Origin: Cyanophora paradoxa CCMP329
Taxonomy: Eukaryota; Plantae; Glaucophyta
Length of the DNA stretch: 64,000 nucleotides
Direction: 5' to 3'
NCBI GenBank assembly: GCA_004431415.1
Contig: QPMI01000046.1
Span: 89,815 to 153,814, forward strand
Every line of letters begins with the position of its first letter. Positions within the stretch are counted from its first letter, which is position 1. The notes under the pieces are model-generated. The model did no database searches. It had not been told where the DNA came from and saw only the letters and a program-made list of their open reading frames with translations. Position numbers and translations under genes: made by a program. Positions 1 through 11,351 of this stretch are shown piece by piece.

Positions 1-791
1 TACACGAAAGGATACGCCCAAGGGAGAATGCAAGTCAGCTCCAACGGAAGTTTTTGAAGCCGGTTGAGCAGGCGGACCGGTACGAACGGGGAGAACTCGT
101 GCAAGACGATGATGCCCCCGATCGAATTGCAGCTTTCTGGAGAGGGTACGAGAAGGCTACCAACAGGCCCGTGCATGGGCGCATTGCCCTTCTAGCGGAT
201 AATCTCAATGCGGGTTTCGGCCTCCTTCAGGGGTTTGCAGACGCCGGGGACCAGGCATCGACCTGGACCGTCTTTAGAAATGGTGAATTTGTCGAGGCGG
301 TGTTCTTCGACCACCCGACGGCAGTTCCAACACCCCCCGCGGGGTACATGGACTGGCTGTGGGCGAAATCTGGGCACCGGCGCCGGCGCCGCAGCGCCTA
401 TTTTGACGACGACGACGACGACGGTGACGACCAGTCGAGAGAGCTGTTATTCAATATCCTGATCGGGAACATCGACGCGCTTGGGCGCTTGTTCCCAGTC
501 GGCTCCGTTTCCGGCTTGCCCGAGATGTTGGGACGAGAAACCAACGAGGCCCTGGCCTTCATCGCCTGGATCCACCAGCCTGGTAATGGGATTCGGCGTT
601 GAGTGACCTGGCTTTCCTCAGCTGGAATGAACATTGACGGGGCGCCTTTTGTCGACCGGCGGAACTACGCCCGGTCGCGGCGGCCCCCGCCGCCGATAAT
701 GGCATTGGCCGGGTGTCTCTTCGTGTTAACTAGCGACGCAGCAGAGCTAGCTAGCAGGCTAGTAGCAGCGCTCGAGCTCAGGGCTAGCTGA
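1..791 (+). pseudogene. 5'-partial intronless ORF of unknown function with an in-frame TGA at 600-602
   Basis: Frame is open from position 3 to 602 with protein-like composition and an acidic D-run; the same frame continues to 791 after a single TGA. No family recognised. Confidence 0.35.
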
Positions 792-885
792 TCGCACGGG
801 CTCCGAATCCAGGTCCCATAGGGCCCTAAAGGCTATAGCTAGCATGCCGGCCCGTCGCCGCACGCTGTACGTAGCATGCCTGGCT

Positions 886-2302
886 CTAGAGCCTCTTGCT
901 AGCCCCGCCGCCCCCGGTACTGGCCGTCACCAAGGTGCTCGCAGCCCCCTTGCCAACAACGACTGTCACAGGTGGCAAATTGCCTGCCTCTGCATACTGG
1001 GAGGGCGTCAGCGGGGCGGGGCGGGGCGTCGGCGGGGCGGGGGCGGGGCGGGGCGGGGCGGGGGCGGGGCGGGCTAGAGCTAGCGGGGGCGGGGCGGGGC
1101 GGGCTAGAGCTAGCGGGGGCGGGCGGGGCGGGGCGTCGGCGGGGCGGGGCGGGGCGGGGCGGGCGGGGGCGGGGCGGGCTAGAGCTAGCGGGGCGGGGCG
1201 GGGCGGGCTAGAGCTAGCGGGGCGGGGCGGGGCGGGCTAGAGCTAGCGGGGGCGGGGCAGGGCGGGGCGAGACTATAGCTAGCGGGGGCGGGGCGGGGCG
1301 GGCTAGAGCTAGCGGGGGCGGGGCGGGCGGGGCGAGACTATAGCTAGCGGGGCGGGGCGGGCGGGGCGAGACTATAGCTAGCGGGGCGGGCGGGGCGGGG
1401 CGAGACTATAGCTAGCGGGGGCGGGGCGGGGCGGGCTAGAGCTAGCGGGGCGGGGCGGGCGAGACTATAGCTAGCGGGGGCGGGGCGGGGCGGGCTAGAG
1501 CTAGCGGGGGCGGGGCGGGGCGAGACTATAGCTAGCGGGGGCGGGGCGGGGCGGGCTAGAGCTAGCGGGGGCGGGGCGGGGCGAGACTATAGCTAGCGGG
1601 GGCGGGGCGGGGCGGGCTAGAGCTAGCGGGGGCGGGGCGGGGCGAGACTATAGCTAGCGGGGGCGGGGCGGGGCGAGACTATAGCTAGCGGGGGCGGGGC
1701 GGGGCGGGGCGAGACTATAGCTAGCGGGGGCGGGGCGGGGCGGGCTAGAGCTAGCGGGGCGGGGCGGGGCGGGGCGCACTTCAGGCAGCAGGTTCCAGTA
1801 GCGAGTGGCGACCGAGCAGAAGTTGACGAGATCATCGAGGTTTAATAACTTGACAATGCGCAGGACGGCATCATCCGGCAACTGTGGCGCGTGAGAAGAA
1901 GAGATACTGTGCGCAAAGAAGAACGCACATCATCCATACACGGCGCATGCTGTGACCGCGAGAGGCGAGGGGTCAGAGAGGCAGGCAAGCGCGCGCCGCA
2001 TGCCGCAAGCTGCTTCCGCACCATCTCGCCGGCCTCCGCCTGCGGCACGGCCGCACCGCCGGCGGCAGAACCGCTCTGAGGCCGGGAGCATCAGGGGAGG
2101 GAGAAGCGCGCGCAGAACGATGTTTGCGCACCCTCTGCTGCTCGTTCGTGTGCATCGCGGCCGCCGGCTCGCGCCCGGGCTGCAGCGGCGAACCGTCGTC
2201 ATCGCCGGGAGGCTTCCTGGCCTGCACACGCTTCGAGCGCCTCGGCTCGAAGCCGGTATCCTCCTCCTTCTCCTCCCAGCGCCGCCGCTTCTCCGGCGGC
2301 AT
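886..2302 (-). CDS. Spliced F-box protein (short, possibly truncated)
   Basis: ATG at 2302 (MPPEKRRRW). GT-AG splicing gives HAPCMDDLPDDAVLRIVKLLNLDDLVNFCSVATRYWNLLPE, matching the F-box pattern LP..vl..I...L...dl.....V...W..L. Last exon follows intron 997-1779. Confidence 0.65.
1011..1775. repeat. (GGGGC)n satellite punctuated by TAGAGCTAGC / GAGACTATAGCTAGC, inside an F-box gene intron
   Basis: Directly visible. Flanked on the minus strand by donor GTGCGC (1779) and branch/acceptor CTGAC...CCCAG (997). Confidence 0.9.
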
Positions 2303-2756
2303 GATGCTGGTGCACGCGAGGGGTACAGGGATGCGCGCGCATCGACGTACCCCCGGCGACCGACTGACTCGCCGGCGGTGCAGCGAGCGCCCCCGATCTG
2401 GACAGCGGCCCGCGGTGCGAACGATGGCGAGTGCTTCCGTGCGCCAAACGTGCGCGCTGCAGATGACGAAACGGCGACGGAGCCCGAGCCGAGACGACGG
2501 CAGCACCGCCGCCATCGACTTGTTCACGGTGCGCGGCTGCCGATAGATAACCACGCGCCGAGGCCTCAGCCGGTGCCCCGCAGCCCCTGCCGCGCGACAT
2601 CTTCTTCCGCATCGTGGCATTCTGTGCGAGCCCGCTCTACACGCTCTTCTGTGTGCTGGCCAGGGCGTGCAGAACGTTCCGAGATGCCGTGAGCGCTCAG
2701 CCAGCGGCGCCCGGGGCCCGCCCGCGCGCGCCGCGCGCGCTCATGCGACGACGCAG

Positions 2757-3684
2757 GCTCGGGCCTTCAGGGCGCCCCGCGTGATCTTCCGCGTCGAGTG
2801 CATGAAGTACCACCTGCCGTTCTCCGGCGATGTCGACATCCGCGTCGGCACCTTCCGCCAGGTGGGCGCGCCGCGCCCGCAGTGCGACCCAGCTAGCTCA
2901 TGGGGGCGCACAGGCCGTCGATGTTCTCCTCGGCCGCGTGCACATGTCGGCCGCCAGGTTTAAGAAGAAGAGGAGGACCGCGATGAAGCTCATCGTCTTC
3001 AAGCGCGACGTGGTCGAAGGCGACCCGGATCCACGCCGCTACGAGGCGAGAGGCCCCGCCCGACCCGCCCCCGCCAAGCCCGCCCCGCCCTGAGCGCCCG
3101 GCGGGCGCCAGGCTGTCAGCGCATACCTGCTCGAGGGCACCTTCACGGAGGTGACGGAGGTGGTCTTTTCCCTCGACCGCGTGGAGGGCGTCCTCGCCCA
3201 CCTGCCCCGGTTCCTCCTCGCGAGGCGGCCCGGGTCGATCGAGATCCGCTTGACGCGCGAGGGCTTCACCGGCCGCGGCAGGCCCGCGGCCTTCGCCCTC
3301 GTTGAGTACCTCATTCGAGCCGCCGCCGCAAGCCGGGGGCCTGCGGCGCTCAACTTCAGCGTCAGCACGTGGGACTACACGACCGGCAGCCTCCCGCCGT
3401 TCATCGCCGCCGCGCAGGAGGACGACTACTTCATCGTGAACACCGGCCTCACCGGGCACAGCATCCCGTCCAACGCCATCAACAGGGTGCGCTCGGGCGG
3501 GCGGGCCCCGCGGGCGGGCCGCTAAGCTCGCTGCCGCAGCTCGGTTTCAGCATCGACGGCCCTGCGCGCCCACCGGCCCCGCCGCCTCCTCCTCCTCGAC
3601 TGCGCCTCGCCCGTCGCGCCGCCCGCCCTTGCCGCCCTCGGCGCCAAGCACGTGTACTCCCCCCCCTCCGACGACTCCTCGTAG
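2757..3684 (+). CDS. Spliced gene or gene fragment of unknown function; start not identified
   Basis: In-frame exons ARAFRAPRVIFRVECMKYHLPF..., AVDVLLGRVHM..., AVSAYLLEGTFTEVTEVVFSLDRVEG... joined by GT-AG (about 2862-2913) and GC-AG (about 3046-3111) introns; high GC3. Confidence 0.5.
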
Positions 3685-4039
3685 CCCGGCGCCCGCCCCC
3701 CGTTCCCCTCCCCCCGCAGCTTGGACCGAAGCTTGAGCCGACTTTCGATCTCACAGCACGACGAAGGGGTAGGGGAGGGGGGAGAGGCTGAGGGGCACCG
3801 AGACCTCCCGGCACTTGTACAGGATGAGCTGGCGGGGCGGGCGAGCGGCCATCGCAGCGAAGAGCTCGAACAGCGGCTCGGCGAGGCGCCCCATGTGCGC
3901 CCTGCGGCGGCGCGGGCGTGTGAGCAGCGGGCGGGCGGGCGGGCGGGCGGGCGGGCGGCGCAGCGCGGCTCGCCCGGCGACATAGACGATGAGGGGGTGC
4001 GGGCACTCGAGGACGATGCGGCTGGCCGTGCGGATGATC

Positions 4040-5054
4040 AGGGGGGCTTCGGGCGCTGCAGTACGTGGCGCCCTGGGGGGCCACCCCGACGCAGCCCACC
4101 AGGGGCGTCTCCTTCCCCACGACGCACCAGCCCGGCTCGCACAGGCCCGTCTTGGTGCACTCCCAGCGCCTCACCCCCGTGGCGTTGGCGCACTGGATCT
4201 TCATCTCTCCCGGCTTGCAGCCGTTGAGGCAGAAGTCCCTCCTCGGCGTGCAGCGCGTCTCGTCGGCGCACCCCGTGATGGCGTACTCGTCGGGGAGGCA
4301 CCCGTTGTTGCAGCGGCGCAGGGGGCCCGCGCACGTGGTCTCGTCCGTGCACCCGCTGATGGGCCACTTCCCCGGCTCGCAGCGGTTGCCGCACAGCTTG
4401 TCGGCGCTGCAGACGGTCTCGTCCACGCACCCCTCGATCGGGGCCGTCCCCGGCTCGCACCCGCTGAAACACTCGCCCTTCCTGCTGCAGCGCGTCCCGT
4501 CGAGGCAGTCCTTCATCTCCACCTCGCCGGGCAGGCACTCGTTCTCGCACACCCCCGGCACCTCCGAGCACACCGTCCCGTCGAGGCAGCCGTCGATGGG
4601 GAAGAGGTGCGGGGGGCACCCGTCGAACCGCGAGCACTGGGTCGGGCAGCGCGGGTCCGCCATGTTGGGCGCGGCGGCGGGGCACCCGTTGCGGCAGATG
4701 TTCGGGTCGGCGCCGGCCGTCACGCACTCGCCGGCGGGGCTCGCCGGCGTCCGGCAGTTGTTGCGGACCGGGGCCGACGCGGGGCACCCGTTGAGGCACA
4801 CGTCGAGCCGGGGGCCTTCCGGCACGCACTCGCCGCACTGGTTCTTGATCGGGCGGTCGGTGGGGCAGCCGTTCCGGCACCCCCCCAGGGCGGTGGAGCC
4901 CGTGGGGACGCACTCGCCGCGGGGGTTGGCCGCCGTGACGCACCCGTTCCGCACGAAGTCGCGCGGGCAGCCCGTCGCCGCGCACGTCCCCTGCTCGAAG
5001 GAGCCCGCGGGGACGCACTCCTCGCAGTCGTCCTGCTCCTCCCCGGGGGGGCAC
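4040..5054 (-). CDS. Cysteine-rich tandem-repeat protein fragment (about 24-aa units GCxDxTxCS....CxNxCxPG)
   Basis: Regularly spaced Cys repeats within the 858-aa ORF. Fused in frame to a fibre-like domain upstream and continues into intron-like sequence at about 3900-3980. Confidence 0.6.
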
Positions 5055-5862
5055 GGCGTGCCGGACGCCTCTACCGACGCCGAGCTTGCGAAGAAGGACG
5101 CAACTCGCATTCTGAACAAGGCGATGTGGACGTCGCCAGACTCGGTCACCGTATCCACTGATACGACCTGGTTTGCTACCCTATAATTCGGCATCAGCAC
5201 CTTGTCGTGATCGGGCGGCAAGGAGTAGATCTCGAGGCGGATGCGGGCGAGCCGCCCTGCCGAGACGTCTGCAGGGGCGATGGGCCAGCCCTTGTAGTAA
5301 TTCGAATTCGACGTCTCGTTGTATTTGACGAGCACGCTATTCTGCACGGTGGAGGTCTGCCCGCCACGGGAGTGAGTCAGGCTCCCCCCCCAGAGTGGAA
5401 ACGGCTGGGAATCTTGAGTCGTCTTCAGAGACTCGAACCCCGCCCAATTCCAAGCATCGTTGATCGAGACCAGCATGCGGATCGCGCCGAGGGCGTCCGA
5501 CACGTCCCTGTCGAGCATGCACCAGATGGAGACACGAACGACACGGTACTCGCTGAAGTAGTTGTGCGGGATAAGGAGGCTGCTCGCGTTGGGGGCCAGG
5601 TCACCCGCAGCAAGGAGGCGCTCGCCGACGGAGGGGCCGACGACGGGGCCCCGGACGATAAGACCCCCGTCGAGGAAGAGGTCGCCGTTGTTGGAGAAAG
5701 CGGCCTTGCCCCCCGCAAACGTCAGGGCAGTCGACGAGGGGATCCGCAGCCGCGCGTGGTGGCCGAACACGCCGCCTCCCACAAGCACATTGAGGTCGGG
5801 CGAGTAGGCGGCGGCGCTGAAGTTGATTGGAGCCTCCATCTCGGTCCAGCTGATACCATCCG
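5055..5862 (-). pseudogene. Virus fibre/receptor-binding-like protein fragment (Asp-box end TDGISW plus C-terminal beta domain)
   Basis: Intronless and lower in GC. TDGISW...YSPDLNVLVGGG is followed by a domain ending GWPIAPADVSAGRLARIRLEIYSLPP...SSASVEASGTP; two paralogous fragments lie nearby. The viral-fibre call is an inference from motif style. Confidence 0.45.
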
Positions 5863-5938
5863 TGGGGCGCCAGTCCTCGGGGTCGAGCGCGAAGGAGTAG
5901 ACGTAGATCGGGCGCTTGGGCACGGTGGTGTGGTGCTC
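5861..5938 (-). pseudogene. Micro-fragment of an NCLDV-type double-jelly-roll major capsid protein (C-terminal motif)
   Basis: Encodes EHHTTVPKRPIYVYSFALDPEDWRPT, matching the conserved NCLDV MCP motif HHT..P...IY.YSFAL.PE..QPSG. Confidence 0.75.
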
Positions 5939-5949
5939 CGACGCCCGGG

Positions 5950-6262
5950 GAGGGACCGCAATCACCCTGCAGGCCGCCCCCGCGGACCCAGCGCTCCGGG
6001 ACGACGGGTGGCCGGTCTCATACGCGGACGTCCGGGGCGGCCGCCTCGTGCGCATCGAGCTCGAGATCTACACTGTGCCCCCTTCGCACGCAGACACCGC
6101 CCTGGTTGGCATCCTTGTCGATACCCACAGCGTTGGACCCGACGAGGTCCCCTGTCACACCACCGGCCAGCTGGCCCTGTCCGCCTCTGCCACCCTCCTC
6201 CACGGGCTCCGCATCCAACCCTCGGCTGGGCGCAGGTTCCTTTCAGGCTCGTACTGCGTTTT
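5950..6262 (+). pseudogene. Second, inverted paralog fragment of the fibre-like C-terminal domain
   Basis: GWPVSYADVRGGRLVRIELEIYTVPPSH aligns with minus-strand GWPIAPADVSAGRLARIRLEIYSLPPDH (about 5205-5290). Confidence 0.65.
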
Positions 6263-6298
6263 GGGGCCATTGCCCGCCTGTTCCCGGGGACGGCGGGG

Positions 6299-6379
6299 GG
6301 CGTGCCGGACGCTTCAACTGATGCCGAGCTCGCGAGGAAGGATGCAACGCGGATCATGAACAAGGCGATGTGGACGTCG
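6299..6379 (-). repeat. Third paralog fragment: 81-bp diverged direct repeat of 5055-5135
   Basis: DVHIALFMIRVASFLASSASVEASGTP versus DVHIALFRMRVASFFASSASVEASGTP; differences are mostly synonymous. Confidence 0.85.
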
Positions 6380-6399
6380 GCAAGCAGGTCGGGGCGGCT

Positions 6400-7040
6400 G
6401 CAGCCGGTTATTCAGCACGAATGGGGGACATGGATGAGGGCGAAATCAACACGCACATTCTCGGGAATGACATGGGCCGGTCCACCGCTTAATTGCTACT
6501 TTGCAGTGACGGCGAGGGGCGATGATGTTGAAGACGAATACTCAATCGCATCTGACATGTTCGTCCTGGGCAGCCGTGATGGAGGGCATTCGTGGGAGCC
6601 CACGGTTGAAGCCCGGCAAGGATGGGATGACAGCGATTTTAACCCAGAAGGATTCAGATGCATCGTTGCATCGGGAGATGGCCATGTCTTCGCCTTGAGT
6701 CATCCCACGAATTCCTACTGGGGATCCCAGCACCATGTCAAAATCATCGAGACTGTTGATGGGTCCACATGGTCGGTTGTCTCAAACGTGACATGCTCGA
6801 GCAATGACGGTAATTATTATGAATCTTCCTATGCCATTTACAGGGTTCTCATCTATGTGCCCGAGCTGAAGGCAACTTTCTACTTTGACGACTACAATGC
6901 GTACAGGCGGTCTGATGGGGGGGAATGGGAGGGCGGGTCCCTCGTGGATGGTGTCGACGTAATTCGCTGGTGGGGTGCAACATCCATCTTCTACTCCCCA
7001 GTGCTAAAGAAGCTCGTCGCCCTGTGTTCGTGGTTCGTAC
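6400..7040 (+). pseudogene. BNR/Asp-box beta-propeller (sialidase-like fold) fragment
   Basis: Asp-box-like motifs SRDGGHSW, TVDGSTW, RSDGGEW; YVPELK and YSPVLKKLVAL blade motifs; no own start or stop. Confidence 0.65.
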
Positions 7041-7205
7041 GCACGGAAAACCGCGGCCGGCTTGTGACGGGGCCGCCGGCTGGCAGGACTCGCCGGGGGC
7101 GGCGGCGGCCTGGGCGGAGTGCCCCCAGTGCCCCCGCGGCGTCTACAACTGCTGCCCCCCGCGCCCGCCCCAGCGCCTCGTCATCGAGCCGTGAGGGCGG
7201 GGCCT

Positions 7206-7505
7206 CTACCGCCGGGCCGCCGCGGCGGCGGCCGCCGCCGGGCGCTTCGGCGCCCCCCTCCGGCTCGCCGCCCGCTTGGCCCTCTTCGCCTGCTCCAGCT
7301 CCCGCACGCCCTCTAGTGTGTACTCGCTCAACCGGGCCCTCTGAAGAATCCTTTCCATAGCCTGCGTCGCCGCCCGCTGGGCCCTGAGCGCGGACCACTC
7401 GGGGTGCAGGCTGCGGACTCGCAGGTACTGCGCCAGGTACAGGTGCTGCAGGGCCGACTCGCTGAGGGCGCGGGGCCGCCGCGCGGGGGGGCGCTGGTAG
7501 GTCAT
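7206..7505 (-). CDS. Small basic intronless protein (99 aa), unknown function
   Basis: Complete ATG-to-stop ORF with a short AT-rich leader (AAATAAACAGCC-ATG), tightly packed between neighbours in virus-like fashion. Confidence 0.5.
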   Translation of the reverse strand: MTYQRPPARRPRALSESALQHLYLAQYLRVRSLHPEWSALRAQRAATQAMERILQRARLSEYTLEGVRELEQAKRAKRAASRRGAPKRPAAAAAAAARR

Positions 7506-7543
7506 GGCTGTTTATTTGCTGCGAGAAAAAACGGCGCCCTGCT

Positions 7544-8206
7544 CTAGTAAATTATCAGGACCAGGCCGTCGCCTCCGGTCCGCACGTTGTAAACCGTGGA
7601 CCCCTTCCCGCACGGGGAGACGTAGTCCGGGTCTGTGGCGTTGCCGGGGGTGTCATATGAGGCGGCGGATGTCGTACCACCGGTCACGACCGCGCTGCCG
7701 TAGTAGCTGGAGCCCCCGCCGCCGCCGTAGTAACCGCCACCGCCGCCGTAGTAGCCGCCGCCGCCACCGCCGCCGTCTGCCCCCGCGATGTCCCCTCCCG
7801 TGTACTTCGAGCCGGCTGTGCCGTTTGCCCCGGCGTCACCGCCTGCGGCCTGGGTGCCGCCGCCGCCCCCGGTTTTGGACATAATTACTTGGATACCCGT
7901 CAGGCCGCCGCCGCCGCCGCCTCTCTGGAAGTAACCCCCGCATGCCCCACCGCCCGCCGTGATGATGTCGTCGGTGCCTCCCTGGACCCGGATGGCGGAC
8001 CGCCCGCCCCCGCTCCCGACGTTCGTCTGGGACGCCGTGCACCGCCCGCCCCCGCCGTAGGTCGCGAGGTGCGCGTTCGGGTTGGGCCTGCCGCCCTGCC
8101 CCACGATGATCACGTAGGTCGCCCCCGGCGTTATCAGCGGCTTCCACTGCTCAACGTCGCGCTGTCGCCGCTGCTCCTCCTCCTGCTGATGCTCCTGCTG
8201 CTGCAT
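7544..8206 (-). CDS. Glycine-rich domain (ALK/LTK GRD-like) fragment with an unrelated Q/E-rich N-terminus
   Basis: TPGATYVIIVGQGG...GGGRSAIR...IITAGGG...GGGGGYYGGGGG...GGGGSSY...GGDGLVLIIY* is typical of this domain; apparent junction near 8138. Confidence 0.75.
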   Translation of the reverse strand: MQQQEHQQEEEQRRQRDVEQWKPLITPGATYVIIVGQGGRPNPNAHLATYGGGGRCTASQTNVGSGGGRSAIRVQGGTDDIITAGGGACGGYFQRGGGGGGLTGIQVIMSKTGGGGGTQAAGGDAGANGTAGSKYTGGDIAGADGGGGGGGYYGGGGGYYGGGGGSSYYGSAVVTGGTTSAASYDTPGNATDPDYVSPCGKGSTVYNVRTGGDGLVLIIY

Positions 8207-8457
8207 CGCGACGACGACGACGATGCGCGCGCGAGTCAGTTCGTTGTTGCGCTACCCCCCCCCACTCCCCCCCCCCTCCTGCATCAGTGTCGTCGTCAGC
8301 CGGCCAACCGGCAGCCGCACCGGGCGCAGACGCCGTGGTGTATGAGACATCCGACGAAGCCGGGCTACAGGATCGTCTTCAGCAGCATCAGCAGCGGCGG
8401 CAGCATGCCGAGCGAAGTCGACGCTGAGGTGGTCAGGTTGGGACTGGTGCGCGCGAT

Positions 8458-9415
8458 TCATCTGCCTGAATCCGCCATCCGCCTGATGATGCACGCGCGC
8501 CGGCCCGCAGCCCCGTGCGGGGCGCCGACGGCAGCGTCGGGGGCGCGGCCGGGCGCGGCCCGGTCCGGATCCAGCGCCGCCTCGGGGCGGGTGCGACGAC
8601 GGCCGCCGGGGAGGGTCGATCGGCGGTGATGGGGCCGTCGGCCGGCGGGCGCCACGGGCACCGGCGGCGGGGCGGGGCGGCGGGCGGGGCCGGGGCGGGC
8701 GGGGCGGGCGGCGATGACGGTCGTGATGTCGGCGGCGGGGAGGTGGGCGCCGGGGCGCCGGGTGCCGGGGGGCGGGGGCCGGGGCGGGCGGGACGGGGGC
8801 CGAGGGGCGGGCGGCGGGGACGGGCGGGGACGGGCGGGCGGGGGCCGGGCGGACGGGACGGGGGCCGAGGGGCGGGCGGCGGGGACGGGGCGGGGACGGG
8901 CGGGCGGGGCCGGGGCGGACGGGACGGGGGCCGAGGGGCGGGCGGCGGGACGGGCGGGGGCGGGGGACGGGGCCGGGGCGGCGGGCGCCGGCTGCTGGGT
9001 TAGCGCCGGGCCGGCCGCGGGCCGGTGCCGGAGCGGCGGCCGGGCGGGCGCCGGGGCGGGAGCCGGGTCGAGGGCGGGGGTGGGGCCGGGGGCGCCGGGG
9101 TCCGGACCGACCTTGAGGCGGAGTTTCAAGTGGTTGGAGGCGGGGTCGGCGGCGGCAGGCGGGCCGGCGGGAGGCGACGGAGAGCGCGGGCGCTTTGCCG
9201 GGGGCGGCGCCGACAAGTTGAGGTTCCTGAAGATTTCCTCACGAAGGCGGCCCCGGCACGCTGTGCAGGAGGGGCTGCTGCCCCCGTCGAACCGGGAGCG
9301 CATCATCGCGCACCCCGTGACGTATTGGTCGATCATGTCCAGCATCGACTTGAACTGACCGGAGCAGTGCGCGTGCACGTGCTTTCCGCAGCGCACCCCC
9401 TTGCACCTGAGCATG
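8458..9415 (-). pseudogene. Fragment with a partial PHD/RING-like Zn finger followed by a Pro/Ala-rich tandem repeat
   Basis: CKGVRCGKHVHAHC...CTAC; repeats of the type RPSAPVPSARPP at about 8750-8970. Confidence 0.4.
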
Positions 9416-9594
9416 AGGAGCACCAAGGAGGCGATGATGAACTGCGCCTCCCTCCGGTACCTGCTGGTGAACGTGGGCTCGCGGATCTCCAACATCGCCC
9501 TGGAGCATGCGGCGGCCGAGGCGGCCGCGGGGCCGCAGGCGGCGGCCCCGTGGTGGGCGGCGGTCGCGGCGGCCCAGGCGCAGGGGGTCGCGGC

Positions 9595-10295
9595 GGGCGT
9601 GCCCCGCCTGCGGCGTGCACTGGGTCCAGGCGGCGTCCGACTCGTGCCTCGCCTGCCGCCTCGGCCGCGATGCGGCCCCGCGCTTCGGCGACCCGGGGCG
9701 GCACGCCGAGGAGGCTGCTGCCGTCGGGGATGCCCTCGCGGCCTCCGCCTGGCGCCCCGTCTCCCCCGACATCGTCTTTGCGGCGCGCGGCTCCTGTGCC
9801 CCCGGGAAAGGCGCCCTCTACCTCCCCGATTTCGTCTTCTCCCTCCCGCACGCTATCTTCTGCCTCGACATCCTCACCAACTGCCACCGCGACGAGCCCC
9901 CCAGCTTCCGCGAGATGCGCGAGGACACCTACCAGAGCCTCACCACAATGGAGCGCCCCGTCGTCTTCCTGTACACCAACTTCGGCTCCTACTTGACCGC
10001 CGGCGCCCGCCTGCGACGTCAGGAGGACCCTCCCGGCACACGCTCTCTGCCATTTCGACCCCCCCCTATGCACTCGCCCGCCGCGCCGCTGAGAGGAAGC
10101 CTCAGCATCAATTACCCCCACATCTTCGTTCGTCAGCTGGAGGAGTCGGGCCTCCTCGCGGCCCTGCGCGCCCGCCCGCCCCGCCGCATCGTCATCGGAA
10201 GCTTCAAATCCTCCGCCGCGGCCGCGGCCGCCGCCTTCCCCAGCCTCCTCGCTCTCGGTGCCGAGGTTCAGCTAGCCGAGGTTGAGCTAGATTAG
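9595..10295 (+). CDS. Zn-ribbon plus degenerate PD-(D/E)XK restriction-like endonuclease domain of the kind common in giant viruses
   Basis: CPAC...CLAC followed by LPDFVFSLPHAIFCLDILTNCH...RPVVFLYTNFGSY, similar to RPDF.FD....VIVEVDE.QH...PVVFIRFNPD; the catalytic E-x-D is not conserved. Confidence 0.55.
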
Positions 10296-11159
10296 AGCCT
10301 TCTCCATTCATTCACGGCACATAAACAGCCCCTGTAAAGAAGGGATACCAGCGGGCGAGGACCCGGGCCCACCACGCGTGGGTCTCCGCCTCGGGCTCCT
10401 CCACGAGCGGCATGATGAATGCGGCAAGGGCGGGGGGCGGCGCAGGGTAGATCCCGTCCACGAGCGGAGCGCTGGGGGCCGGCCGAGTCGGAGAGCCTCT
10501 TCGGCGCCGTGCGGGCCAGCAGGCAGCAGTAGTTTAATGCCGTGTGATATCAAAACCAATCGCGTCACCTGCACCTCCCACTTTTTCCCAGCCAATATTA
10601 TCCATGACCGCAACGGCCGCTGGGCGGGGCGTTTAAGTCGACCTGCGCCTACGGCACTTGCGGCTCTGGACGGCGGCCTTCTCCATAATCGCTTCCTCGG
10701 CCGGCTCGAGTGCGCTCATCAGCTCCCTCTCGCGCCGCTCCTCCTTGATCTGGACGTGGGTCCTGCGCCGCTTCTTCTCGGGCGTGGGGGCGCGGGGGTC
10801 CTGGTCCTCGCACTCGGGGCGGGCGTTCGGGCGGTCGCAGTAGTAGCTGACGACGACGGGCCCGGCGCCGGCACTGCGGCGTTTGGCCTGGAGTTTGGCG
10901 GCGTCCATGCGGGCGAGGAGGCGGAGGGGAGTCAGGACGCGGGCGGGGTTGGGGCGGCAGCGGCCGCGGCGGCCGCGGCGACGGCGGCGGCCTCGAAGGC
11001 CGGCCCTGGCGCGGCGGCCCCGGCAGCCCCGGCAGCCCCGGCAGCCCGGCAGCTCCGGCCCCAGCCCCGGCCCGGCAGCAGTTGTGGGTGGCCCGATCCT
11101 GCAGCTGTGGCAGCAGGCCGCGGCGCCCGCTTCCACAACCATTGAGATCCTGCGACAAG

Positions 11160-11309
11160 CAGCCGTCGTTGGGCGGGCACGACAGCGTCCGTCAGCGAGG
11201 TCCAGCGTGGCTTGGCGGCGAGCCTGGCCGTCTCGATGTACATCGCCATGTCGGAGTCCTACCAGCTGCTGCTTGCGGGCGGGGCCACGCCGCAGCTGGA
11301 GGAGCAGGA

Positions 11310-11351
<42 letters not shown>

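Noticed and set aside
600-602. Selenocysteine or readthrough at the in-frame TGA
   Set aside because: No supporting context; a nonsense mutation or the true stop is simpler.
1011-1775. CRISPR array
   Set aside because: Low-complexity units without unique spacers, no cas genes, eukaryotic intron context.
5055-6379. DGR template/variable repeat pair or shufflon for fibre switching
   Set aside because: Differences are mostly synonymous and not adenine-specific; no reverse transcriptase, recombinase or identical crossover sites are visible.
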